A stretch of 59,202 nt of DNA, taken from contig NW_026865121.1 in assembly GCF_026571515.1 (NCBI RefSeq), forward strand, positions 1 to 59,202. Direction: 5' to 3'. This document shows, one piece after another, positions 1-13,130 of the stretch (within the stretch, counting starts at the first letter, position 1; the number at the start of each line of letters is the position of its first letter). The notes under the pieces are model-generated. The model made no database searches. It had not been told where the DNA came from and was given only the letters and a program-made list of their open reading frames with translations. A program made the translations under genes and the position numbers. The stretch is from Ruditapes philippinarum (taxonomy: Eukaryota).

Positions 1-349
1 GTCTTGATAAAGAAATATTTATCAAGATGCGTTAATGTTTCGTCAAGCTATAATCAATTTCGCTAAAACAATTACAATGTATCCTTTGAGAACACCAGTG
101 TCTGAAATATTAGCAATTTATGTTTAACTTTCTTTCTTCCCAGTGTAGTCTGTTGCATTCAACATGATTTACAACCACTAGCTTTATCAGAAGAAATAAA
201 CAATTATAAACAACATGAGTTGTACTCTTCAAATCTCAAATGTAAAAAGTATCTTTTTTATTACATACACATCCTGTGTTGTCATCATTTAAGAAATTAC
301 TCTTTGTAATGAAAAAGAACACATTTCAAAACTCTCTAGATTCCCATAC

Positions 350-401
350 CTGTCTGTAGAATAAGAAAACAACTAAATAAACAGAATCATACGAAAATCA
401 T
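350..401 (-). pseudogene. Leader-type exon with in-frame stop (MIFV*FCLFSCFLILQT-G|gt)
   Basis: Reverse complement reads tcaccATG ATT TTC GTA TGA TTC TGT TTA TTT AGT TGT TTT CTT ATT CTA CAG ACA G|gtatgg. Good Kozak context, 17 mostly hydrophobic codons and a phase-1 donor like the other leader exons, but TGA at codon 5. Confidence 0.4.
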
Positions 402-2793
402 GGTGAAAGTACCGCACACCTCTTTATTATAATAAAAGTAATAGGAAATAGGTTACTATTATTACTCGTAGTAACAAGTGTATAATATTAAGTGATTATC
501 AGGCCTGAAGAAAAAGTTAGAAATTATTTCTTATCTTCAATTATTCCATTTAAATCGTCATCTTTGAGTTTATTACATTATCAAAGACTCCCCTTCTTTG
601 AAAGATAGTTAAATAGATATTGCATGTATTTAAATTCAGTTGGCCCGTCAAAGTTTACTGCACTGGTGGGACAAATATTCATATTTAAATATCTTTTAAT
701 GGTTACGTTTTTCTTAAATATTGTTCTGAATTGAAATGAATATCGCCACGCATTTTCAATTGCACGAAAGCATGTTTGTGTTTGTTTTTGTTTTTTCCAC
801 TGATGTCAAATTCCTAAGTCGTACCAGTTGACTACTTCATGCGTGTCTTATCTCCAGTTATCTCAGCAGCATAGACAGGAGGAAGTCAATAGAGAATCAT
901 AGCTACGTACGGTAATGTGGAAACCAACACAAATAACAGACAGTAAACACGAAATTTAGTTTGCGCTTCATGTCCACCAAAATTTATAATATTGATAGAT
1001 AGATGAACTTTATTCATACAAAGGCAATATGCCCATCAGTCTACAGTAATAATACAATCAGCAGTTAAATAACATCAATGGCATGATATAGCATGGTATA
1101 CATAAAATAGGTCTATTAAAAAGTCAATTCTTATTCATCATAACAAATCTAGTGTATAATATATATGATTGTATAATATTTTATTCTAGACTATATAGTT
1201 TAATGGTGAAGTAAGCAATAAACAACAGCAGCTTTTCAAAATATTTTATCATAGACGTCATTGTTAACACCGACGTTGAAAACAATAATTTTAACTAATG
1301 AAGCTGAGGGTATATATTTATAACTTACAACTATTTTTATAGAATTTGTGAACGGTTAAATCTTGTTGTTTTTATTATACTCAATAGGGTTGTAGCATAT
1401 ATAAATATCTAAGTAATCTACAACACACGAATATAGTACGTGAACACAATAAACGTTCGGAAAAAATATTTTGTTATTTATTTTAAGGAGACTTTTCGCC
1501 GTTTAGCAATAATTTCGCACATGCGTCATTCACTCTTAATGCAATATATTACTAATATTTTTCTTTCATACAATTATTTTGAAAGAGTTCCTTTAAAAAA
1601 TATCCTAACAATAATATTGTAAACTAAAGGTAACTTTATTTACTGTAAACAACACACTATAAGCATTATATACTTATTTTACTACAATATTTGGTAAAAC
1701 TCAAGTAATCTTATCATTAAAATTTTATGAGAAAACATTCACTTTAAAGTAACAAGGCAATCAAAGAATGATGTGTTTTTCGGCAGACACAGAATTAGAT
1801 AATAGAATAATTGAAATGCACCGCTATCTTCCACGTCTGCATTACAGGCGAATCAATTATGTTTTTATTTACAGACAAAGACAAACTGATGCAAAATATT
1901 TCAGAAAATTACAGGTTTCCTCCAATAATATACTGATATACAGGATCCGCCTGTATCCGCGGAAAGCATGACATTCAAAATAGGTAGAAACAACGTTCAT
2001 AATGTATATAGTTTGTTCGTTAAATACGATTAACAACTTTTATATTTTGAATTAAAAATGTTTAACATACATTGTGTTAATGTTGCTGTTTTTTTTTGTT
2101 GCTTTATTTAAAGTAATTCGGTCTTTTATAGAAAATCTGGGATACCATAAATAATTATGTTAATAGTATTGCGTATAATACATGAAAACAAACCACGATA
2201 TGGATGATGTTAGAAGTGTTGGATACGTGATCTAATAAAACATATAGCAGATAATAAAGTGTTCTAGAACAAAATATTATTGTTTATCATATGTATAATG
2301 TTCTTACTTAATCAATTTAGAACATTGTTTTCCAGAAAGATAAGACATGAATTTTGTGAAGAAAACAATGTTTGGCATCCCTGCATTTAATATTGAAATA
2401 AACTACTTCTATTTACATGTTTTCTTTTCTCTCAACATTTCGCTATGTATTGTTTCTATTTGACAAACAATCCATTCAATAAAAAATCATTAACCAATTA
2501 CTAGCATAAAGGGACTCAACACAAGTTTTAAAATATTCGATTTGTTTGTGGAAAATAAATGAAGTTCTAAGACACATCAAAGAAACAAAATACAAAGTAG
2601 GGTCATTAATTTAGTGAAGATTAATGAAATTATTTCTTTCATTCGAATCCCCCTTAACATTCTGAATATACATACATACGAGAGTGAATATTCAAGCTCA
2701 TATCACTTTTTACCGCTTACATTTCAATGTTAAGCATTGTGAGTATTTCTTGAATATTTAAAAGAATCAGAAGAAATCTGTTGGCGTCAACGT

Positions 2794-2821
2794 AATCAAT
2801 CAATCAATCAATCAATCAATC
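2794..2821. repeat. (AATC)n microsatellite
   Basis: About 7 direct copies of aatc. Confidence 0.95.
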
Positions 2822-3162
2822 ACCTTTGTTTAGTTTTTCCCCATGTATTTGTATAAACGCAAGCTAAGGTTTTTATAATTATTTGTAAAACAAGAACCTT
2901 TTTGTCACTTCAAAAGCTCATGTTATTTTAAGAATGGCAAAGAAAGTTTATGTTACAATATTGATAGGATAATGACTGGTAACGTCAAAATGACTGTATA
3001 TCTTAATAACTAAGTTATTTAGTTCCGTTTTTTTCTCCATTACATCAAGTACAATGTACCTAATACTCTTGTTAAAGAGGTTTTGTAAGATGCAATTTCT
3101 ACGTCACAACTATAATAAGTAAATTGCATAAAACTTGGGAACCATTTTCGGTAAAAACCTTA

Positions 3163-3754
3163 AACCCCAGTCACACTAGAGCTTACGATTACTTGCGACC
3201 ACCGTCGACTTGTTAAACTGACGATCATCAGCGATTGTCTGCGACCCAAACCATTTTTGCACAGATAAATTTACTTTTGCTAGTATCGTAAGACAAGTCA
3301 TCATTGACAATCGCACGACAGGTCATAAGTAAACGTACGATGGTCTCAAGATTGCCTGGGATTACTTACGACTACCCGTGACATAACATGCGATCATCTA
3401 CAACTTGTCGTACGACCATCACACGATAACTAAAGACTACTTAAGATTATCAGTGACTAGTGGCAATTTGTAAAGAATGTCGTTAGATTGTCGCACTTCC
3501 GAACGACCATCGTGCGACAGCCCTAAGACCTTAAAAGATCACTAGCGACCTGTTTGATCGCAAGGAGGTTTTTGTGCAAGCTCAAAAACCTCTCTACGAC
3601 TGAAATTGGTCGTGGGACCTAAATAAGATAACCTGCGACTGTCAAAGATCACCGATGACCGTCGTAAGACGTTTTAAAGATTGTCCGCGACCAGAGGTCA
3701 CTGGTGATCGTGAACTAGTATTCACTGGTCGTAAGCTCTAATGTGACTGGGGTT
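3163..3754. mobile_element. Non-autonomous TIR DNA transposon (MITE), PIF/Harbinger-like
   Basis: About 26-bp terminal inverted repeats aaccccagtcacactagagcttacga / tcgtaagctctaatgtgactggggtt. TAA/TTA-like context at the left end, GC-richer interior rich in CGA motifs, no ORF. Confidence 0.85.
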
Positions 3755-3780
3755 ACTTTTTCATTATCCCGCATGTACAG

Positions 3781-3858
3781 AGTCAATCAAACCGAGTCTG
3801 CAATTTTCATGTAATTTTGTTATGATCAATGCTTCCGAGGGATCATCCTCCTTCAAGA
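3781..3858 (+). repeat. Old dispersed repeat, copy 1 of 4 (core aaaccgagtctgcaattttcat)
   Basis: Homologous to 36774-36845 (+) and to the reverse complement of ~23838-23912 and ~27866-27940. Confidence 0.7.
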
Positions 3859-5331
3859 CCTACAGGTATCAGCCTGAAACTGACCGGCTGATTCTGGAAT
3901 AAACTGGACTTTGAACAACAATATTTTTCTAATATTTTGCTTTCTTGAAATTTTCTTCGAAATTAGTAGGTCAGTAGACCTAACGTTTTCGTTTCTCAAG
4001 TTGTCGTGACAATTCTATCATAAATAAATAGAAATTCCTTGTATTTCGTAGAATTCTCATTTTTATGTCAATTATGTTATATATTGTATTCGTCTTAAAA
4101 CGTTCTGTATTTATATAAACGAGACAAAAAATGTTTAGAATATATATGACTTCATTATATCAAATGTTGTCTGTTTTGACCAACAAATGATAGGTTATGA
4201 CAAGTATTGTTGTTACGTTATTTAGTTAAGGAATAATGTCATTACTTTAACTTTTAAACTCTCTCACTTTCAATAAATAGGTTTTTTTTGTACTGAATCT
4301 TTTATTTTGTAGATTATAAAGATATCACTTAAATATTCAAAATACGTTTAATAAATTTCATTGACATTTTAATTTGGAAGAGTGCCAGCATTTATATTCT
4401 AACATTTTTCTGTGTCTATCTAATGACGGTATATACAATCTATTTCGTACAACTATTCAGCAGCAGTATTTACGGATTACAATAAAGAAGTCACCAAGAC
4501 AGTAAAATGTCACTTGTTGTAATAGGAAATCATTTTTGTCAGTATATAAATGTTTATACTAGCTCGATAGTGGGATTATATTAATTTATTTTCGAGACAG
4601 CTTCCTTGGTTTCTTTTTTCATTCACCTACAAAACAGGATGAAGTATTTCTGGACACGTGCCAGTTTCATTACTAAGAATAAAGCTGCAAATAAAACATC
4701 AACATGATTGACTTATCAACCTTAAATCTACAAAATAAAAGTTTCAAATAAATACTTATTTTATCAATTAGATGTTTGATGAAAACATAATATTTAATTT
4801 AAAAAAAAAAAGAATGTAAAAAATTAAAAACGATATTTTTATATATGTCAGTGTTATCATACTTATGCTAGTAAACACCGGATGATATATAATCACGTAA
4901 ACAATATTGACATATTAACTGCAAAAACGCAATTTTAATACTTGATGTTATGATGTTTACATAACGTTTTCAGCTATACATCCATGGAATTAATTGAGAT
5001 ACTATCTTCATATTGCTTATGAGAAAATTTATGGCATAAACTTAGTTGTTGTTTTTTTAATTCATAAATTAACCCAGTTTTATAGAACTTCACTGGAACA
5101 AAAAAAATAATAGTGTAATTATGTTTTGAATTTATTGCAATGGAATCTAATGACTGCTGCGAACATGATTATAAGAATCAGTATTGAACATTAAGCTTTT
5201 ATAAATGTTCAAGTCTGAATTATGAAATGCTACGTACAGACAAGATACACATTTGATATAATGTCCTTTCTTTGATCCTCCTTCTATTCAATTGACTGTA
5301 GAACTGTTTGTAAACAAAACTATGCACTTAC

Positions 5332-5380
5332 CTAATGGGACACCAAGAACAAAACATGACAACCAAAAGCTTTTATCCAT
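5332..5380 (-). CDS. Leader exon, family B (MDKSFWLSCFVLGVPL-G|gtaagt)
   Basis: aaggATG start, 16 codons + G, consensus donor gtaagt. Same length and phase as paralogue 10618-10666, with shared MDK..WL.....PL-G. Confidence 0.7.
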
Positions 5381-7767
5381 CCTTATTTAGAAAATATAGG
5401 ACATCTTGAATAATTCACATTTACTTAAAAACTGTAACTTGTCTAAATGTAAAATACATGAGTTTTTTATGCACCACGTTATTGCAATTGTATTCAGTTA
5501 CAGGATTTGCTATATGTCATTACGAATAAAGATAGAAAGCTGTTGACAGAGCTATTGTTGTCTTCGTGGATAGCATAACTTAATATATACTTAATGTTAC
5601 AATTTGTAAAACGCTGTTTTAGTTACAAGCTGTTGGACGGTCTTATTGTTTCATGTCATTTTAGCTAGTTTCATTAAAACAGTAATTATATTTGAGATAA
5701 GAAAACACGTTTGAAAGCATTCATACAGTCAAAGAATGCCATATGGTTTTGACATTGTTACAAATAGCAAATATTTGCCGTTTTAGTGTGGTTCTTTATT
5801 TGTATAAAATACATTTGATGTTGAAGCATTCATTATGGTAGTTCTTTATCTGAACATTTAATCGATGTTGTAGTATAAAATAACTGAAACAATGATTCTA
5901 ACATGCTTCACACTATTCCCATATCAAACAGATAGGGCAATTAAGTATATTGTTACACGGCCAAAAAACAGATGCTTCCATGTCATATAACGCCATTTCT
6001 TTTTTGCATTATAGTATGATATAGCTTGGCTTAAAATAGCAAATATGTTTGATATAGAAAGGTCAGCATAACACGGATAAATACTTTAAAATGATACTCG
6101 TCTTCCAAATCATGCAACTCAAATCACGCAACTTAACTCAACTCATTTATTCGTAATAAAGGCCACTTGCCTTTGACACATAAATGTACAATACAAAAAC
6201 ATTTGGTGTGTAACTAATAAATACATGCAGGTTACAATAAACATAATTACGTTCTGTTCCACGTAACATATTGTTTCCAAATATCTCAGTGTGAATAAGT
6301 AGAGGATGAGAAATCATTCTTATTTCATTAATAGAAACTCTTTAGCGGCTTGACAAAATATCTTAGTACAACTCATTTAACTTATGTATATAAATCTATT
6401 TAAAGTCAATCTACGAAATTCCCATGTACAATTGTACAATTATGATGATAAAAGTTACAATGCCAATTGCCACGCACATACATTTCTTATGATAATGGGG
6501 GGGGGGGGGTGCTGAATAAAAACGTGAGCTATAATTGAGCTTGTATTTTTTCAGATCGTATTATCTCATACACTTGGAGCTTTGGCATGTTTCAATTTAT
6601 ATTTAAGTCAAAGATAAGAATTCGATCAAAATGGAAATCCCAAATATTGAATGTCAGGCGACGAAATCATGTCCATCACAAGTAAACGTTTGAATTTGAC
6701 ATTGAAGTCAGATTGGCCGATAGAAAACGCTGATTTTCAGAATGTTAAATGTCGGCTCATGTGACACCGGCGTGCTGTTACGAGGAAGAGTGGCTGAGCG
6801 GCGTAAATAATTTTTTTCTGTTCGCAACACCTCCACCATTTCATAGAAAATTTCAACCAAACTAATACAAAATTATTGTTCTCAAATTTTTTAGTACATA
6901 TTTTCAGGATTTTGAAATTTGATCAGTTTGTCAGAATATATACCCCTTATGTTTGCACCTATGCAATATTGGCGTAAGCCTGGTTTGGTGACAAATCCCT
7001 GTCATTTGTTACTACCATTAAGGCATATACACTTTAAGTTATAAAGTATTGGAACCAAACAACTTTATTGGCGTCCGCGCCGAAGCGCGACGCCCTATAT
7101 GGAATGAAATCAGATTTTGTGAAATGGCAATTGCAACTTCTCGGGCCTTTTCGTTTGTCATAATAGCCGATAATTCCGATTGGTATGAGGAAAAATGAAA
7201 TGTCGCAATATGTATAATGATTAGCGAACTCGAGAATTTCGCAATGCAAACATATTCAAATTACTATTATGCAGATGTCAAATCACACAGGAAACAGAAA
7301 ACGATTACGCCGTTGATACTGACAAAAGCGAGAATATTATTATTTTATGATTGTAACAATTCAAGGTAGAAGCATAAGCATCACTTTGGCATTTTTATTG
7401 CTACCAAGACATAAATCTAAAGCACGGGTTAATATGTTTTCAAGTAATTATCAATTACATGGTTCCTAACTTACTGCATCACAGTGTATGAAGTGTTTAG
7501 GAATTAGTCTGCATTTCTCTTACCACTTTCTGGTTTTTTATATTAACACTGACTACATTTAAAAAATTTAGTATACTGCTCTTGATTTCCGATTGTTGGT
7601 TATTTCTATCCACAATTTTAACTAAGATTACATGTTGTCGGATATCAAAGGAATTTTTCCTGATAAAGATCATTTAACATATGAAACATATATACAAAAT
7701 TATGAAATACATACACAACATGCTCGTTTATCCTTTTTGTAGATAATGCATTTATATTCTGTTGGAT

Positions 7768-7931
7768 TATTTATCAACTGCCTATGGGGAGTATTTATCA
7801 ACTGCCTATGGGGAGTATTTATCAACTGCCTATGGGGAGTATTTATCAACTGCCTATGGGGAGTATTTATCAACTGCCTATGGGGAGTATTTATCAACTG
7901 CCTATGGGGAGTATTTATCAACTGCCTATGG
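7768..7931. repeat. 24-bp minisatellite (tatttatcaactgcctatggggag) x ~6.8
   Basis: Essentially perfect tandem copies; explains the three overlapping repetitive ORFs. Confidence 0.97.
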
Positions 7932-8039
7932 AAATAAAGAGAACGTCTTAATGACATGTTATACTTCGTAATATTTTAATATTCTTTTATTATGTTATCT
8001 TTTCAGTTGTTTATTGTGTCCCTTTTCTTTTGTAACACA

Positions 8040-8162
8040 ATATTATTCTATTCTGTTGTTTAGTATACATGTCAAAGTATGAAATCATTTATACGAATGT
8101 CGAAGATTTACGAAGATCATGACCTTGACAATTATAATATACAAAACAGAATAGAATAATAT
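8040..8162. repeat. Imperfect ~120-bp inverted repeat
   Basis: Perfect 18-bp outer arms atattattctattctgtt / aacagaatagaataatat, with weaker inner complementarity (gtcaa.../...ttgac). Confidence 0.6.
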
Positions 8163-8605
8163 ATATACAAATATAGAATAGAATGCTATCGGTTGAGATT
8201 TTTTTCACAGAGGCTCCAATGGGGCATCGGTAACGAACATTCCGAATAATACAAACAAAGATAATCAATAAAGTACAATTTATTCGCTAAAATCAAAAGG
8301 TGCATCTGCTGAATGAATCATTTTCACTTGAAAAGTCACGAAAAAACTTGAATCAATATTACTTTCTCCACAAGGTATCAATTTAAAATCTGTCTCTTTA
8401 AATTTTAAATGGTTGCAAAATTATTTTTTTTCCTTTTTTCTTTCCTGTTCTCTTTTTTAGCGGCAGCGACAACTGCCTTATTAAAAAAAGCTGTAAGTAA
8501 GCTTACGATAGCATTAGATGGTGTTGGTTCATTTTATCTGGATTATCAATATTTTTTTTTGCTGATTTCTATTATAATTTTTTTTTTTTGAAATTGCGAT
8601 AAAAC

Positions 8606-8793
8606 AGTTGTAGTATATGAAACGAGTTAGTTGCGAGGATATAACACTGGCTGGGGCAACATCTCGGGATGTTTCTGCAAAAAAAAAAACGTATCGGCCT
8701 AACGGCCACGACATTTTTTTGCAGAAACACCTCTTGATGTCGCCCCAGCCAGTGTTGTATCCTCGTTACTAACTCGTTTCATATACTATAACT
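8606..8793. mobile_element. 188-bp palindromic foldback/MITE-like element
   Basis: Arms of about 80 bp are near-perfect reverse complements around a ggcctaacggcc core. Confidence 0.8.
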
Positions 8794-9747
8794 ATTACAT
8801 ATGATAAAAAACATAAATTAAAAACAATGGTAACAGTATATTATTTGACAAGTGCAAGCAAAAAAACGAAATTGCTAATAATCTGACATAAAAATAAATT
8901 ACATCGATACTAATTTACATATAGAAAGAGTCATGGATCTCGCAATTACTAGACTGATATCTCTAGTTATGAAAAACAAAGCCTCGGTCTATTTAATCAA
9001 TGAAATTACCATAATATGACTAAAGTAGATTTTATGACATGCCTGCAGATGAGCACACCAGAACAGTCCGCAGTCCAAAATTACGATTTGGTTTAGCATT
9101 TTCATTATCTAAAAACATATTTTAAATAACAGAAACGCTGCAGACTATCAATGTTTTGCCATTACTTATTGAAAATTTGAAAATATTGATTTCTTTTCTT
9201 TTTTTTTCTTTCTTTTTTTTGTTCTATTGTGTCGTTTCATGTCAAAATTTAGATTGATTGTTATTTATAGTATCCTACGTGTATAGAAAAGTAAGTTCTA
9301 TCAAATTCTGTCGGTCATATGTTCATTATTGTTATACCTTGAACTTTTCAAATCAATTTTCTTATAATACATGTTGCACCTTAGAATATCTTGCTGAAGT
9401 TGTATCCTTGATTACCTACTGATAAATAATCCATGGTGTTAGCAAAGATTAACTTTATTCTGATATCAGAAACATCATAACTGATATACATCATAAGAAT
9501 ATATATATATATATAATCTATGCAATAAAATACAAATATAACACATATGTAAAAACGAGAGCAATACACATTGTATTGTTTTGTGTTCCTGAATAAGGTA
9601 AAAGATATGTTACAGTTATAATGATGACATTTTGTCTAGGTCAGTATCGATTGCCAAAATAATTCTTACATAAACTGGTAACATATCAAATAATATTTGT
9701 TTCTACGTCGCTTTTCACAAAAAAAGAATTTCTTTCACATTTTCACA

Positions 9748-9748
9748 A

Positions 9749-9780
<32 letters not shown>

Positions 9781-9860
9781 GAAAGAAAGAAAGCAAGAAA
9801 GACAGAAAGAAAGAAAGAAAGAAAGACAGAAAGAATGAAAAAAAGGAAAAAAGAAAGCAA
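9748..9860. repeat. (AAAG)n microsatellite
   Basis: Imperfect aaag run. Confidence 0.95.
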
Positions 9861-10617
9861 ATGACATCAGCATAGCATGTATAGAAAGATAACATCTATA
9901 CCTATATGTATCAAGAAAGATTAACTACAGGGTAATTATTTGAATTGTGACATTGGCTATTAAAGGCTATTGTAGGTTCTAAATAGTCAATGTAGTTATA
10001 AGTAGATAATTAAGGTAAAAATTAACCAATTCTAAAAAAGCACTAGTTTCACTCTTTTCAGTTGTTTATTGACAAAAGTTCTGATGCTAGTTTAAAAGCC
10101 ACTATAGGTGTCTCAAAAAATAATCGGGTCATGAAAACATATATTACAGCAGTTCTGTTAAATTATATTGTAGTTTTACATATTTAATGTATCTTGAATA
10201 CAAGGTGAAGTGATATGTAAACATATGTCCCTTGACGATGAAACGATAACACGTTGAATCATAGTAACAGATCATGATTTTTCAATCAATTAAAATCATT
10301 TATGAAATAAAATATAAAACATGTTTGCATGAAAGCATTTTTATACAGTCTGTATCAAATTCATTGCAATATTATTTATCTTAAAGCCCCGCCTTATCAT
10401 ATAATATTGCCATTAATTCATAGAAACCGCTGGAATAGGATTATGTTTTAAAGCTTTTGTTTATCGCAATCTTTATCAGACAGAAATTTTTTTATATTCA
10501 TATATATTATCTTCCTAACTTTGTATAAATTTTGTAAAGGTAATAAAGCGAAAGTAAAGAAAATGAAATAAAGATTATTTGAAATGAAAATATATAATAT
10601 AATAACTGTATACACAC

Positions 10618-10666
10618 CTAGTGGTATATCGGCAAGAAAAAATAGCAACCAACTGATTTTATCCAT
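10618..10666 (-). CDS. Leader exon, family B (MDKISWLLFFLADIPL-G|gtgtgt)
   Basis: aaggATGGATAAAA shared with the 5332-5380 exon; 49-nt CDS with phase-1 GT donor at the identical position. Confidence 0.65.
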
Positions 10667-11105
10667 CCTTGATAAATTGAATCACATTTTGTTATCTGGT
10701 ATTATCAAAATTATTCTTTAAGGTATTTATTTCATTGTTTTAATTAAGTAAACGATATATGCAACTGTTTTATAATCACCCACATGATGTTTATATAAAT
10801 ACGATTTAAAATAGAAAACAAGTGGTGATGTCACACTGTGTCTTGTCTAGATAACATACCTAATCATGAATAATGAATTGTATGAAAAGCATCTTTATTG
10901 TATGGTGTTGAACATGCTTTACATGTAGAAACTACCAGCTGGCTTATGATTGTCGTATTACATCGTGGCTTTTGTTTAAAACTGATCTTATCAAATACAA
11001 GTTGTACTTATACATCTCTTTATATCTTTGTTGTTTAAATGAAAACAAAATATACATTTCAAAATATTTACTTAACATGTCCTTAATTAATGAACCAATA
11101 AACGT

Positions 11106-11323
11106 GAGGCGTTCGTAGCCGAGTGGTTAAAGTCGCTGACTTCAAGCCACTTGCCCCTCACCGCTGTGGTTTATACGAAGTCCCCGTCTTTGCCTGAAAT
11201 AACGCATGGACTGGCGCCTGAGGTTTTCCTCCACCAAAAATGCTGGAAAGTCGTTATATAACCTTTATAGTGTAGGTGCGATGTTAAATCCTCCCAAAAA
11301 GGAATAAAAATAAATAAATAAAA
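11106..11323 (+). mobile_element. tRNA-derived SINE with internal deletion
   Basis: A-box-like tagccgagtggtta head; B box truncated after gtggtt; body gcctgaaataa...cctgagg...cctccacc...gctggaaagtcg resembles bivalve SINEs; A-rich (taaa) tail. Confidence 0.8.
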
Positions 11324-12946
11324 ATTATGAAATAAATTTGTTTCTTTTACTTCTTTGTCATGAATACGGTGCGTTGAGAGAAGAAGATACTTATGAATAT
11401 TTCATGGAATACCTCTTTTGTCTAATAAATCATCAGCCTCCTGACCTCAAATGACCGGACAATGCTCAAATATTTGTTATACGCCCATCCAGAAATAAAA
11501 ATGTGTTTTGTAATTGTCAGCTGTGGCTCAAGCAAAGTAATAGCTCTTTTCAACATATTTTACAGAATTTTTACGTATTTTAATAGAAATTAACTCCTGG
11601 TTGACATGTTTTCCTATGTGTTTATATCACATCTTTAAATAGAGATAACTAATTCAAAAAGAAATTACAGATACATATTTAGTCAATTCTAAAGTTTAAT
11701 ATTTTTTTGGAATTTCAGAATGTGCACTATTTCGATAAAGGACATTGTATTACTTCCACAGATACCGAACAAAAACTAATCAGCTATTCGTATTATCCCA
11801 TACACTTGATTCTTGGGCATGTTCCCATCTCATTTAAAGTCGAAGATGGGAATTCAATTAAAATGCAAATAGGTTGCGTTGGATAGTTTGCAACGAAAGC
11901 TTAAAACCAGGCCGATGGGCTATGCTTTCCTTTCAGTAGTATTAATGTGTAATAACATTTGCGTTTGTTAAAAGAAACAATGTTTTGCAATATCTGTTCG
12001 GTGGCTTTAAAAATCCTTTCATATATTAAATAACTATACATTTTTAATAAGCAATAATGAAAGGCATACATGTAACGAAATATGGATGTAATTTATTCTT
12101 TATTTTAATCAGAAATAGCTGATTATAATGTACATTTATTATGTATTTTAATATTTAAACAACAATTCTCCTAACTTCATTTTATATTTATAAATCACCC
12201 AATATTCTAAAATAAATAACAAGAATCAATGATGAACGACGAATTGTTGCAAAATTTAATGTTAATTCCATTGCTTATAAAAATATTGATAAAGATACAT
12301 TGACAACAAGCCGACAATGTGCTGTAATGAATTTGTCACTTATTAAGATAAATGACAAAGAAACATGTCAGTTGCTATAGCGAAATTAGAAAAAGTACGA
12401 CAGTAGATTCAACTAACATAAGCTTTCAAAGAAATGGTGGGTATGTCCCACGAAAAATATATTCACAAAGCACAACCTCGTTCTCAAATCGTTACGATGT
12501 TTGACAAGAAGCAATCAGTACAAATAAAATATCGTGATGATATTTATTCAATCATTCACTAGAGTCATGTGAGAAAGGTGATACAATGTCATAAAAAGAA
12601 TGTCAATTATTAAATGTTAAGGAAGCGCATCAATCATATCTGGACGACATTTAACGTCTGCAGACTTATCAAGATTAACGACATTTCTGGGCATTTGTCG
12701 TTAGACCATTGTTAGAAAAGAAGATACATCAATTATAACTATTGGCACTATGTCAACTAATGACTTGGTATAATAGAATACTTATTTCTATTCCACGGCA
12801 ATATTCATCATTGTGTTACTTTGTTTGTTTGTTTATTTGTTCTTTGTTACGCTACAGATAAATCGGAACCGTCCGAACAATATCAATGTGTATGCATGTT
12901 TTACCTAATTCTGTACCAATTTCGACAATTGTCATTGGTTTAAACA

Positions 12947-13130
12947 TATTTATTTAAGCTCGATTGCGAAATAAGTTCTTGAAACTTATATTGATCACTT
13001 TCGAGTCCATTTCCTGGAACCAACCAGTACTGGTGTCATATGAAGAAACATGGTCGTGACCCGATTAGGGCTCGAACCCATGATCCCTGGGTTGAGAGGC
13101 AGACACCTTAACCACTGGTTACAGTCTCTC
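12947..13130 (-). mobile_element. tRNA-derived SINE, Meta-core type
   Basis: Minus strand: A box (cagtggttaagg), B box (ggttcgagccc), then accagtactggtt...ccaggaaatggactcga core and an (aaat) tail. Confidence 0.8.

Noticed and set aside
7700-7971. Three overlapping ORFs with 8-aa repeats
   Set aside because: Product of the 24-bp minisatellite.
12905-12947. ATG-to-phase-1-donor stretches (MFKPMTIVEIGTEL-G here; MDYLSV-G at ~9416-9434)
   Set aside because: Not hydrophobic, no paralogue, weak donors; expected by chance.
13060-13130. tRNA gene
   Set aside because: A and B boxes are present but continue into a SINE core and tail, with no acceptor stem.
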